Assembly (NCBI GenBank): GCA_051010055.1
Contig: JBPCVY010000124.1
Span: forward strand, 1 to 52,192
Length of the DNA: 52,192 bases
Direction of reading: 5' to 3'
DNA from: Hyphomicrobiales bacterium
GTDB taxonomy: Bacteria; Pseudomonadota; Alphaproteobacteria; Rhizobiales; CAJQND01
The first letter of the stretch is position 1. Every line of letters begins with the position of its first letter. Both the position numbers and the translations under genes were made by a program. Positions 31,006 to 40,126 of this stretch are shown here, one piece after another. Below the pieces are notes generated by a model that searched no databases, was not told the DNA's origin, and worked only from the letters and a program-made list of their open reading frames with translations.

Positions 31006-32102
31006 CCACTCAACCCTTCGAACGGAGCAGGAATTGGCGCGCCAGGGGCGCCCACTGCCATGACCTTGAACAATTCACCCATCTCCTGGCGTGATGCAAG
31101 CCTTGTTACCGCAGCTTCAATCGCCCGCGCCTGACGCCGGTTTGCATCGCGCGAAAGCCGCTCTGCGCGCACATCAAGGCCCATAGCGTCAAGGAAGGGG
31201 CCTTGCGAAACCGGGCCGAACACGCTCGCGCCCGAACGTTGGAATGCTTTGCCCAACGCTTCAAAATCCACATGAGAGGTTATGTCACAATACCCGGGCC
31301 GATGCAGGATTTCGGCATATTGATGTTTTGAAAGCGCCTGCAGGGTGTCGCCGGGCGCAGAGTTTACGTGGCCATAGTCAATGAAGAGCCCGAAGCCACC
31401 TTGCTGAACCAGGCGTGCGCCAATCAATTCCGCCACCCCTTCGCGCACTGGTGATAGTTCAATGATTGCCCCATCTTCTGCCTCTGCAGCCCAAACAGGG
31501 ATGGTATCTTTCGGCAAAACCTGCGCTGAAAGGCCAAATGCAAGCGCTCCTTCTGCGTCCAAGCCCACCACCCGCTCATGCCAGTGTTCACCTGCCCTTT
31601 GCATCTGCTTTACCGGCAGGGCGTCAAAAAACTCATTCGCGACAACTATTGCCGGGCCTTCGGGCACGGCTTCAAAGGTATCATGCCAGGCGAGCGGCAC
31701 GCCTGCACTTGCAAGTTTTACCTTTTGGTTTTGCTTCAGCGCCGGGCTGGTTTCCACCAGATGAACGTTTGCCGCCTCTTTAAATCCCGGCATGATATTG
31801 GCCGCGCGCAGCATATCGGCCATAAGGGTGCCCCTTCCCGGCCCCAACTCAACCAGATTGAACGAAGCCGGTGCACCCGTCATTTGAAAGGCTGCCGCGC
31901 ACCAGATGCCGACAAGCTCGCCAAATATCTGGCTCACTTCAGGTGCGGTGATAAAATCGCCGCGCGCGCCAAACGGGTCACGCCCCATATAGTAGCCATG
32001 CGCCGGGTGGCCGAGGGCCATGGCCATATATTCAGAAATGGGCACCGGCCCGGTTTTTGCGATTTGCCTCTTCAACTCTGCTTCGAGCGGTGTCTCGCTC
32101 AT
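31002..32102 (-). CDS. SAM-dependent methyltransferase, MidA/NDUFAF7 family
   Basis: GDFITAPEVSQIFGE, ELGPGRGTL, ANEFFDALP, DITSHVDF; ATG 32102 overlaps the lgt stop. Confidence 0.93.
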   Translation of the reverse strand: MSETPLEAELKRQIAKTGPVPISEYMAMALGHPAHGYYMGRDPFGARGDFITAPEVSQIFGELVGIWCAAAFQMTGAPASFNLVELGPGRGTLMADMLRAANIMPGFKEAANVHLVETSPALKQNQKVKLASAGVPLAWHDTFEAVPEGPAIVVANEFFDALPVKQMQRAGEHWHERVVGLDAEGALAFGLSAQVLPKDTIPVWAAEAEDGAIIELSPVREGVAELIGARLVQQGGFGLFIDYGHVNSAPGDTLQALSKHQYAEILHRPGYCDITSHVDFEALGKAFQRSGASVFGPVSQGPFLDAMGLDVRAERLSRDANRRQARAIEAAVTRLASRQEMGELFKVMAVGAPGAPIPAPFEGLSG

Positions 32103-32923
32103 GCTCGGCGCTCCGCCCAAACCATCAGCCAGATGCCACCAGCCACCATGGGTAGCGACAAAACCATGCCCATGGTCAGCGGCCCGGCGAGGAAACCAAT
32201 ATGAGCATCGGGCTCGCGGAAGAATTCCGCGATAATGCGGAAGGCGCCATACCCCGCCATTGCAGCGCCGGTCACAAAGCCGGGTTTTTTGAGTTTGAAT
32301 AGGCTGTGAGTGAGAAACCGCATCAGCAAAAACAGCACCAACCCCTCCAATGCTGCTTCGTAGAGCTGACTTGGATGGCGCGGCAAGCCGCCAGCCCCCG
32401 GGAATACCATGCCGATAGAGGCATCTGTGACGCGCCCCCAAAGCTCACCATTGATAAAGTTCGCAACGCGGCCAAGCCCCAGGCCGATTGGCACGGAGGC
32501 GCCTGCCAGGTCGAAAACCTGCATAATATCGGCATTGTAGCGCCGGCAAAACAGATACACCGCCAACAGTACGCCAATGAAGCCGCCATGGAACGACATC
32601 CCTCCCTGCCAGATGGCAAATACTTCCAGGGGATTGGTAAAAAAATCGAGCGGTTTGTAAAACAAGACGTATCCGAGCCTGCCGCCGGCAATCATCCCCA
32701 CCGCGCCCCAGAAGATGACATCATCTACCATTGCAGGGGTCATGGGCTGTGTGCCGCCACGCGGCGGCCCCCATAGGCGCTCCTGCACCACAAGGCGGCG
32801 CATATACCACCAGGCAAATGCGATACCGGCGATATAAGCAAGTCCGTACCATTTGATTGCCAACGGGCCCAGTTGGATGGCCACCGGGTCAATCTCGGGA
32901 AACGTCAGAGCAATTGAGCGCAA
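32099..32923 (-). CDS. lgt: Prolipoprotein diacylglyceryl transferase
   Basis: KWYGLAY, GGRLGY, GGMSFHGG, GRVANFINGELWGR, HPSQLYE, EFFREPD. Confidence 0.98.
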   Translation of the reverse strand: MRSIALTFPEIDPVAIQLGPLAIKWYGLAYIAGIAFAWWYMRRLVVQERLWGPPRGGTQPMTPAMVDDVIFWGAVGMIAGGRLGYVLFYKPLDFFTNPLEVFAIWQGGMSFHGGFIGVLLAVYLFCRRYNADIMQVFDLAGASVPIGLGLGRVANFINGELWGRVTDASIGMVFPGAGGLPRHPSQLYEAALEGLVLFLLMRFLTHSLFKLKKPGFVTGAAMAGYGAFRIIAEFFREPDAHIGFLAGPLTMGMVLSLPMVAGGIWLMVWAERRA

Positions 32924-32963
32924 GGATTATCCTGCCTTGAATTTTTGTTTTCTGGTGGCGAGA

Positions 32964-33241
32964 TGTTGAGAGCCCACCCCGCAACCCTGAAGGCGTTTGA
33001 CGGGAGCAGATTTTGAGAGATTTTTTTAAAAATCAGGGCCATAGGGCCACCCCCTTTGGTTTTTGATTTTTGACAAAAAGCGCCAAAATATGCCCCGCCC
33101 ATCGGGTTTTGCCGAAATTGCCCACTCTCTGCGGGCTCAAGCTAGAAATGGCGGCAAGCCGTTCCTGCGCTTGACCCCTTGATATTGAACAATTTAGGCA
33201 AAATCAAACGTTCTTCAGGGCTTCGGGGTGGGCTCTTGGTA
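32964..33241 (+). ncRNA. Candidate structured ncRNA or folded-ssDNA element (symmetric four-way junction), family unrecognised
   Basis: Outer stem 32964-33000/33204-33241; arms 33001-33097 and 33107-33203; mini-hairpin 33098-33106; about 11 G-U pairs on the + strand. Confidence 0.6.
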
Positions 33242-33268
33242 AAAACCCGCCAGGTCAAGCATGGCTGA

Positions 33269-33297
33269 CTTGATATTAGCCTTTGCGGCCCCCATAG
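33269..33297 (+). promoter_or_regulatory. Putative sigma70 promoter of ubiK
   Basis: CTTGAT-N17-CCATAG, close to the rhizobial CTTGAC-N17-CTATAT consensus. Confidence 0.55.
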
Positions 33298-33332
33298 TTA
33301 GTAAAACACTTAACCGATGTGGATGAGATTCG

Positions 33333-33650
33333 ATGACCACCGGCTCGGCCCGATTTTTTGACGAACTTGCACGCGTAATGACCTCTGCTGCCGGCGCGGC
33401 GCAGGGCGTACGCAATGAACTGGACACCTTGTTCCGAACCCAGGCGGAGCGTGTGCTTAACGACCTTGAAGTCGTGCAGCGCGATGAATTTGACGCAGTG
33501 CGCGAAATGGCAGTGAAAGCGCGTGAGGAAAATGAAGCACTCAAGGCGCAAATTGCCGAACTGGAAGAAAAGCTTGATGCGCTAAACACAAAAAAGCCGG
33601 CGCGGGCAAAAACCACCACCCTTAAAAAACCTGCTGCAAAGAAATCTTGA
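33333..33650 (+). CDS. ubiK: Accessory factor UbiK/BMFP family protein
   Basis: FFDELA, LEVVQRDEFDAVREMA.KAREENE coiled coil. Confidence 0.88.
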   Translation: MTTGSARFFDELARVMTSAAGAAQGVRNELDTLFRTQAERVLNDLEVVQRDEFDAVREMAVKAREENEALKAQIAELEEKLDALNTKKPARAKTTTLKKPAAKKS

Positions 33651-33935
33651 TCCTCTGGGGGTTCGCCGGTTTACTTCATAAAACAACTACCGGTTATCTC
33701 AAACTTGACTTGACGGGGCGCAAGGTACGTTTCCTGTCTGCTTGTGGATGGTTCTGACTGTCTTTGCATGAAGGGGTTGCGCACCTGTTACCTCTCGGGC
33801 AACGTCAACGTATTGGTGTGGTTTTGATTCGCGCCGCAAGATATAGCGTTTCAACGATCTTCAGCGCTCAAATCATTGATCAGCCAACCAGAAACAAGGG
33901 GCACTGCGAGTTTGGTGCAGCAAAGGGGATCGCCG

Positions 33936-34439
33936 ATGTCGGCTCAACCGGAATACCGGACTGAAGAACCAGCAAATCCACTTGATGTGATCGAAATCCT
34001 CGCTTCCGCGCACGATTGGCTTTTTGACCGTTCGGCGGAAGACGAAATCAACATGACAGTTGAGGGTTCGTGGAGCGATCTTCATGTCTGCCTCAACTGG
34101 CGCCCTGATCTGGAAGGGCTGCACCTGGCCTCTACTTTCGACATGCGCGTTCCAGGCGGGCGGCGCGAAGAAGTGGGCCGGCTTGTTTCCCTCATCAATG
34201 AGCAGCTGTTTCTGGGCCATTTCGACTTGTGGCGGCACGACGGGGCGCTGCTTTTCCGCAACGGGCTTTTGCTCACCGGCGGCGCGGAAGCCACCACCGA
34301 GCAATGCGAAGCACTGATGGCGCTGGCCCTTGAAGCGTGCGAGCGCTATTACCCGGCATTCCAGTTCGTCATTTGGGCGGGCAAAAATGCTGAAGAAGCC
34401 ATTGAATCCTGTTTACTGGAAACAGTGGGAGAGGCGTAG
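33936..34439 (+). CDS. YbjN-domain protein
   Basis: NPLDVIE, GSWSD, INEQLFLGHFDLW, CERYYPAFQFVIWAG, ETVGEA; upstream of proC. Confidence 0.88.
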   Translation: MSAQPEYRTEEPANPLDVIEILASAHDWLFDRSAEDEINMTVEGSWSDLHVCLNWRPDLEGLHLASTFDMRVPGGRREEVGRLVSLINEQLFLGHFDLWRHDGALLFRNGLLLTGGAEATTEQCEALMALALEACERYYPAFQFVIWAGKNAEEAIESCLLETVGEA

Positions 34440-34444
34440 GTTAA

Positions 34445-35263
34445 ATGGCAACACTTTCCGGCCGGCTTGTTTTGATCGGCGCCGGGAAAATGGGCGGCGC
34501 CATGCTCGATGGCTGGTTGCGCCAGGGCATTCCGGGCAGCCAGATCGCCATCATTGATCCTGCACCATCGCAAGAGCTTTTAGAAACGACACAACGCCAC
34601 GAGATTGCACTTAATACTGATATTGGCGCCATCACCGATGCAGACGTGGTGCTGATTGCGGTTAAGCCGCAGGTTATGGATGCGGTTCTGCCTGAAATCA
34701 TCTCATTGGGGAAAAACCGCCCGGTGTTTTTGTCCGTTGCAGCAGGACGCACAATCGAAGGTTTTGAAGCAGCCTTCGGCAAAGATGCAGCAATTGTGCG
34801 TGCCATGCCCAACACGCCCGCAGCCGTTGGCCGGAGCATCACGGCAATTTGCCCAAACTCAAAGTGTACGCCTCAGCAAGTTGAGCTGGCCACAGGATTG
34901 TTGCAGGCAATTGGTGAGACCGTGCACATAGAAGATGAAAGCCTGATGGACGCGGTGACCGCGGTTTCCGGTTCCGGGCCGGCCTATGTGTTCCACCTTA
35001 TCGAGTGCATGGCGGCCGCCGGCGAAAAAGAAGGGCTACCGCGCGAGACAGCCATGCAGCTTGCGCGCGCAACCGTTGCCGGCGCAGGTGAACTTGTCCA
35101 CCAATCAGAGCTTCCCGCTGCAACATTGCGTGAAAATGTGACCTCGCCCGGCGGCACAACCGCTGCGGCCCTGGAGGTGCTGATGGCGGAAGATGCGATG
35201 CCGAAAATTCTGGCAGAAGGCATTCGCGCCGCCACAAAGCGCGGCAAGGAACTGGCTGGTTAA
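34445..35263 (+). CDS. proC: Pyrroline-5-carboxylate reductase
   Basis: GAGKMG, AVKPQ, RAMPNTP, SGSGPAY, VTSPGGTT. Confidence 0.98.
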   Translation: MATLSGRLVLIGAGKMGGAMLDGWLRQGIPGSQIAIIDPAPSQELLETTQRHEIALNTDIGAITDADVVLIAVKPQVMDAVLPEIISLGKNRPVFLSVAAGRTIEGFEAAFGKDAAIVRAMPNTPAAVGRSITAICPNSKCTPQQVELATGLLQAIGETVHIEDESLMDAVTAVSGSGPAYVFHLIECMAAAGEKEGLPRETAMQLARATVAGAGELVHQSELPAATLRENVTSPGGTTAAALEVLMAEDAMPKILAEGIRAATKRGKELAG

Positions 35264-35331
35264 TACCAAACCATTGCCCGCGCCCATTCGTAGCCCTAAA
35301 CTAAAAGAAACCACTTAATGCAGGGCAAGTT

Positions 35332-36015
35332 ATGGCGCGTAAGAGTCAGGCTGAAAGAATTATCGATACAACCCTTGAACTGGCGGCCGAACGCGGCTGG
35401 AGCAGGCTGAAACTGGCAGCAATTGCCAAGGCATCGGGCATATCCCTTGCCAAGCTGCACGATCATTTCTCATCCAAAGCAGATATCCTGGCAGCATTCA
35501 TGGCGCGCATCGACGGTGAGGTGCTTGAAAACCTGGATGATGAACCAGATGCAGGGGAACTGCCCCGCGACAGGATTTTCGAAGTGGTTATGCGGCGCCT
35601 CGAAATACTTGAGCCACACAAACCTGCGCTGAAGATGATCGCCAAAGACATGCGCGATACCCCGTCCGACTGGGGTGCGCTGTGTAATGCGGCTGCGCGT
35701 TCGCAAAGGTGGATGCTGGCAGGCGCCGGCCTTGAAGATTATGGCTTGCGCGGATTCATAAAGGTTAACGGTCTGGCGCTGGTTTATTCGCGGGTTATGC
35801 GCGTTTGGCTGGAAGACGACGATCCGGGACTTGCCCGCACGATGGCCGAGCTTGACCGCAGCTTGCGGCGTGGGGAGCGTGCATTGAAACGGGCAGAGAC
35901 ACCCATTGCACTGGCAACGGCCTTTTTCCAGTTTGGCCGCGCGGCATGGCGGCAAAGGGGAACCGGTGGCCCCCGCCCCGGCCAAGGCGCAGAACAGCCA
36001 GGGCCGCAGGCATGA
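35332..36015 (+). CDS. TetR/AcrR-family regulator
   Basis: N-terminal HTH (IAKASGISLAKLHDHFSSK), DDDPGLARTMAELD. Confidence 0.85.
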   Translation: MARKSQAERIIDTTLELAAERGWSRLKLAAIAKASGISLAKLHDHFSSKADILAAFMARIDGEVLENLDDEPDAGELPRDRIFEVVMRRLEILEPHKPALKMIAKDMRDTPSDWGALCNAAARSQRWMLAGAGLEDYGLRGFIKVNGLALVYSRVMRVWLEDDDPGLARTMAELDRSLRRGERALKRAETPIALATAFFQFGRAAWRQRGTGGPRPGQGAEQPGPQA

Positions 36016-36368
36016 GCGGCGAGGAAGTCGAGCCCTTTATCGATTTCGGCGATTTTCTGAAAGTTGATGTTCGCGTGGGAACCGTTTCCGATGCGCAGCC
36101 TTTTCCTGAAGCGCGCAAACCGGCAATCAAATTGTGGGTCGATTTTGGCGGCGACATCGGCGTGCGCAAATCTTCAGCCCAATTGACAAAGCATTATACG
36201 CCAGAAGAACTGGTTGGCCGGCAGGTATGCGCGGTCGTCAACTTTCCGCCGCGGCAAATCGGCAAGTTCATGTCGGAAATTCTCGTGCTTGGAATGCCGG
36301 ATGGAGAAGGCGAAGTGGTGCTCATCTGCCCTGATTTGTCCATTCCAGATGGTGGCCGCCTGTTTTAG
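36012..36368 (+). CDS. csaA: tRNA-binding / chaperone protein CsaA
   Basis: DFLKVDVRVGT, SSAQLT, VVNFPPRQIG; ATG overlaps the TetR stop. Confidence 0.92.
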   Translation: MSGEEVEPFIDFGDFLKVDVRVGTVSDAQPFPEARKPAIKLWVDFGGDIGVRKSSAQLTKHYTPEELVGRQVCAVVNFPPRQIGKFMSEILVLGMPDGEGEVVLICPDLSIPDGGRLF

Positions 36369-37744
36369 ACTGGGATTTTGAATTCAGCCTTCAAACCGCC
36401 CAGTTTGCTGTCGCCCAAGTTCAGCTCGCCCCCGTGACTGTGTGCAATATCAAGAGCAATCGACAAACCCAGGCCGGAACCGCTGTCGTCCTGATTGCGG
36501 GCATCGTCAAGGCGCACGAAAGGCCGCATCACTTCCTCACGCATGGCGGCGGGAATTCCCGGCCCATCATCTTCGACAATGATGGAGAGGAAGTTATCTT
36601 CCAGCCGCGAAGAAACGGTCACGGTTGAGCCATGCCTGGCAGCATTCACAACAAGGTTGTTGATGGCGCGCTTCACCGCATTCGGCTTGATGTTTACCAC
36701 CATGTTGGGAGTCGCATCGACATCAATTGCCGTATCTGCGCGTGAGGCGGTTTCGCGCACATGCTCAAGCAGCACGGCAATGTCGGTGGCAGCGTTTTTC
36801 TCACCGCCGTCGCCGCGCACAAATGCCATATAGTCTTCAAGCATATGCTGCATTTCTTCCACGTCGCGGCGAAGCTCTTCCACTTCCGCGCAATCATCGA
36901 GAAATGCCAGCTGCAGTTTAAAACGGGTTAGTACCGTGCGCAAATCATGGCTGACGCCCGCAAGCATGGCTGTGCGCTGCTCAACATGGCGCTCAATGCG
37001 TTGCTTCATGTCGATGAATGCCCGTGCGGCTGCCTGCACCTCACGCGCGCCGCGCGGGTAAAAGTCCGGTTCATCACGGCCAAGGCCAAAGCTTTGCGCC
37101 ACATGAGCAAGCTGCTGGATTGGTCTAATCTGGTTGCGCAGGAAGACAATCGCCACGCCAAGAAGAACAAAAGACGAGCCCAGCATCCACAAAATGAAGA
37201 TGTAGGAGTTCGACGCATAGGCCCTGCTTTCACGGGTCAGCACCCGCATGACCGTATCCTTGTCGACAAGCACACGAATGTCCACATAGCCGGACTTGCC
37301 AAGGGTATCGAGCCAGAAGGGCCGGCCGACACGCTTTCTGATTTGCTTTGAAAGCTTATAGTCGACGATGGAGAAAAACGGCTTTCGGGCCGGCGGCGGC
37401 AGGGTTTCGCCTTTCTGGATTTTCATGCCCAGGTCGAGTCGGTTGTTTGCCAATCGCTCGATGAGCTTGAGAGACTTTTCAGTTTTCGGAAGAGCCTCAT
37501 ACAAATCGGCGACAAACCCCACTTCGCGAGCAACAGACTTGGAAAGCTGGGTTGAAATATTGGCCCAGTGTCGTTCCATGAACACGGTCGCCATAATGGT
37601 CTGCAACAGCACGATTGGCGCGATAATAATAATCAACGAGCGGCCATAAAGCCCCTCAGGCACATGGCGCTCAAGCCAGCGGTTGAAATGCCAAAGAAGT
37701 GTTTGGCGCTGCCGGGGCGGACCCTGATTTGGGATCGCAACCAT
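36365..37744 (-). CDS. EnvZ-like sensor histidine kinase
   Basis: 2 TM, HAMP, SHDLRT H-box, N, DDGPG and GLGL boxes. Confidence 0.95.
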   Translation of the reverse strand: MVAIPNQGPPRQRQTLLWHFNRWLERHVPEGLYGRSLIIIIAPIVLLQTIMATVFMERHWANISTQLSKSVAREVGFVADLYEALPKTEKSLKLIERLANNRLDLGMKIQKGETLPPPARKPFFSIVDYKLSKQIRKRVGRPFWLDTLGKSGYVDIRVLVDKDTVMRVLTRESRAYASNSYIFILWMLGSSFVLLGVAIVFLRNQIRPIQQLAHVAQSFGLGRDEPDFYPRGAREVQAAARAFIDMKQRIERHVEQRTAMLAGVSHDLRTVLTRFKLQLAFLDDCAEVEELRRDVEEMQHMLEDYMAFVRGDGGEKNAATDIAVLLEHVRETASRADTAIDVDATPNMVVNIKPNAVKRAINNLVVNAARHGSTVTVSSRLEDNFLSIIVEDDGPGIPAAMREEVMRPFVRLDDARNQDDSGSGLGLSIALDIAHSHGGELNLGDSKLGGLKAEFKIPV

Positions 37745-37787
37745 GTTTCAAACGTCCTCGCTTTACCCTGAGCAGACGAAAATCCTA

Positions 37788-38483
37788 TCAGTCAGTATAG
37801 AGGATATAACCCGCGCCGCGAACCGTCTGCAAATAACGCGGCATTGCCGGGTCGGGTTCAATTTTCCGCCTCAGGCGGTTTATCTGCACATCAACTGCCC
37901 TTGCGCCCTCGCCGCTAGCGTTTTGAGCAAGGTCGGCACGCGATATGGTCTCACCAGGCCGCCCTGCGAAAAGCCGCAGCAATTCGCGCTCGCGGGTTGT
38001 GAGCCGCACAATATCCTCGCCCTGGCTCAACTCACCTCGCTCAATATTGAAAATGAAACTGCCAAGGCTGATTTCCACCGGCAACGGTTCAGGCACAACG
38101 CTTCGCCGAAGGATTGAGTTTATCCGGTGCACCAATTCGCGTGGTTCAAACGGTTTCACGAGATAGTCATCAACACCGCTTTCAAAACCCTCAATGCGGT
38201 GTGCAGGGTCAGCGCGGGCCGACAACATGAGGATTGGAACATCCTTGGTCTTGCGCAAGTCACGCGCAAGATCGAGGCCGGATTCACCCGGCATCATGAC
38301 ATCCAATATCAAAAGGTCGAATGAAAGCCCTGAAAGCCTGGCCCTGGCATCTGCAGCATTTTGCGCGTTGGTGACCCTGAAACCGCGCTCGCTCAGGTAC
38401 GACTTCACCAATTCGCGAATGCGCCGGTCGTCATCAACCAACAAAATATGCGGCGAAGTATCGGTGACCGGCTGGCGTTCCAT
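37788..38483 (-). CDS. OmpR-family response regulator (PetR-like)
   Basis: VDDD, LDVMMPG, KPF, winged helix QTVRGAGY. Confidence 0.96.
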   Translation of the reverse strand: MERQPVTDTSPHILLVDDDRRIRELVKSYLSERGFRVTNAQNAADARARLSGLSFDLLILDVMMPGESGLDLARDLRKTKDVPILMLSARADPAHRIEGFESGVDDYLVKPFEPRELVHRINSILRRSVVPEPLPVEISLGSFIFNIERGELSQGEDIVRLTTRERELLRLFAGRPGETISRADLAQNASGEGARAVDVQINRLRRKIEPDPAMPRYLQTVRGAGYILYTD

Positions 38484-38509
38484 AGGCTAATTATCCAAAT
38501 CTAATCATT

Positions 38510-38998
38510 TCAGTCTATCACGGCATTTTCAAACCGTCTGGCAATAAGGTCGCCCACACTTTCCCTGTCATCTTCGTTAATCAGGCTGAACAAAACGGAC
38601 TTATAGGCCTTCTCCGAACCGTCACCTGCATTTTCAATGGCCTGCTGGATGCGCACAATTTGCGGACGAACAAGTTCGGCCCGAAGCTCCTCACCTTTTT
38701 GCGTAAGATAAAGCAGGCGCTGGCGGCGGTCCCGCGCACCTTCACGCTGCAGCACATAGCCTGTTTCAATAAGCTCGCGCAAAACCCGGCCCAGGCTTTG
38801 TTTGGTGATGCGCAAAATATCCAAAAGCTCGGCAATCCGGATGCCAGGGTTGCGGCCGACAAAATGGATAATCCGGTGATGAGCCCGGCCAAATCCCAAC
38901 TCGTGCAAAATCTCATCCGGCTCGGAGACAAAATCCCGATAGGCAAAAAACAGAAGTTCAATGAGCTCGATTATTTCCTGATCACGCGCCTTGATCAT
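38510..38998 (-). CDS. MarR-family regulator (PetP-like)
   Basis: ELLFFAYRDF, GRAHHR, ITKQSL.RVL, DRRQRLL. Confidence 0.93.
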   Translation of the reverse strand: MIKARDQEIIELIELLFFAYRDFVSEPDEILHELGFGRAHHRIIHFVGRNPGIRIAELLDILRITKQSLGRVLRELIETGYVLQREGARDRRQRLLYLTQKGEELRAELVRPQIVRIQQAIENAGDGSEKAYKSVLFSLINEDDRESVGDLIARRFENAVID

Positions 38999-39020
38999 TC
39001 AGCTTCAGTCCTTCTTCACT

Positions 39021-39051
39021 AAAAATACGTCAGTGTTGTTGACATATTTTT
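39021..39051. promoter_or_regulatory. Palindromic operator, probably of the MarR regulator
   Basis: AAAAATACGTCA-N7-TGACATATTTTT (12-bp arms, 1 mismatch), 22 bp upstream of the MarR start. Confidence 0.7.
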
Positions 39052-39230
39052 TTTTCATTGTTACACGTGCTTTCGCCTGAGCGAAATTTTCGAACAATTT
39101 TGCCGGGCGTGGCGTTCTAATATTGCTCAACTGAGGTGCGCATATCTGCAATTGCCCACTTGCCGGTTTATAGGCTGAACCGGATGTGATTTGCAAAGGC
39201 GGGCGCGCGAAAAGCAAAAGGGAAGAGAAA

Positions 39231-40106
39231 ATGCCGGCACCGTCATTCGATCTAATGGAAGGCGAGATTTGGTACAATGGGGAATTCGTTCCCTGGGCGG
39301 ACGCCAAGCTGCACGTTTTGAGCCACGGCTTGCACTATGCAAGCTCGGTATTTGAAGGTGAGCGTGCCTATGGCGGGGAAATCTTCAAGTTGCGCGAGCA
39401 TACTGAGCGTCTTTTCAATTCCGCTGAAATTCTGGATTTCGAAATTCCCTACACGGTTGAGGAAATCGATGATGCCTGCAATGAAACCCTTAACCGTCAG
39501 GGCTTCAAGGACGCCTATGTGCGCCCTGTTGCCTGGCGTGGTTCGGAAATGATGGGCGTTTCCGCGCAAACCAACAGGATCAATGTCGCCATCGCCGTTT
39601 GGGAATGGCCAAGCTACTTCGATCCGGAAGAGCGCCTGAAGGGCATCCGTCTTGACTTGTCCGAATGGCGCCGACCTGATCCGGCAACCATTCCCTGCCT
39701 GGCGAAAGCCGCCGGTCTTTATATGATCTGCACCCTTTCCAAGCATGCCGCCGAGAGAAAAGGATATGCAGACGCCATGATGCTCGACTACCGAGGCCAG
39801 GTGGCAGAAGCTACCGGCGCCAATGTATTCTTCGTCAAGGATGGCGAACTGCATACACCAACACCGGACTGTTTCCTGGATGGCATTACCCGCCGGACAG
39901 TCATCGGCCTTGCCCATGACCGCCAAGTCAAGGTGCATGAGCGCGCAGTAATGCCTGAAGAGATGGAAAGCTTTGAACAGTGCTTCATTACCGGCACCGC
40001 AGCTGAGGTGACCCCTGTTTCAGAAATTGGACCATACCGCTTCGAGGTGGGTGAAATCACACGCACGCTTATGGAAGATTATATGGACTGCGTGCAGCCC
40101 TCTTAG
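39231..40106 (+). CDS. ilvE: Branched-chain amino acid aminotransferase
   Basis: HGLHYASSVFEG, AKAAGLY (PLP Lys), EATGAN, LDGITR, GTAAEV. Confidence 0.96.
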   Translation: MPAPSFDLMEGEIWYNGEFVPWADAKLHVLSHGLHYASSVFEGERAYGGEIFKLREHTERLFNSAEILDFEIPYTVEEIDDACNETLNRQGFKDAYVRPVAWRGSEMMGVSAQTNRINVAIAVWEWPSYFDPEERLKGIRLDLSEWRRPDPATIPCLAKAAGLYMICTLSKHAAERKGYADAMMLDYRGQVAEATGANVFFVKDGELHTPTPDCFLDGITRRTVIGLAHDRQVKVHERAVMPEEMESFEQCFITGTAAEVTPVSEIGPYRFEVGEITRTLMEDYMDCVQPS

Positions 40107-40126
40107 AGCCTGCAGCCTTTAACAGT

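Noticed and set aside
32103-32441. 113-aa N-terminal extension of the MidA-like methyltransferase in the ORF track
   Set aside because: It overlaps lgt out of frame; the real start is ATG 32102, coupled to the lgt stop.
32924-33332. RNase P RNA, tmRNA or 6S RNA as the identity of the structured spacer
   Set aside because: No GAGGAAAGUCC P4 signature, no tRNA-like ends or tag ORF, and size and context do not fit 6S; left as unclassified.
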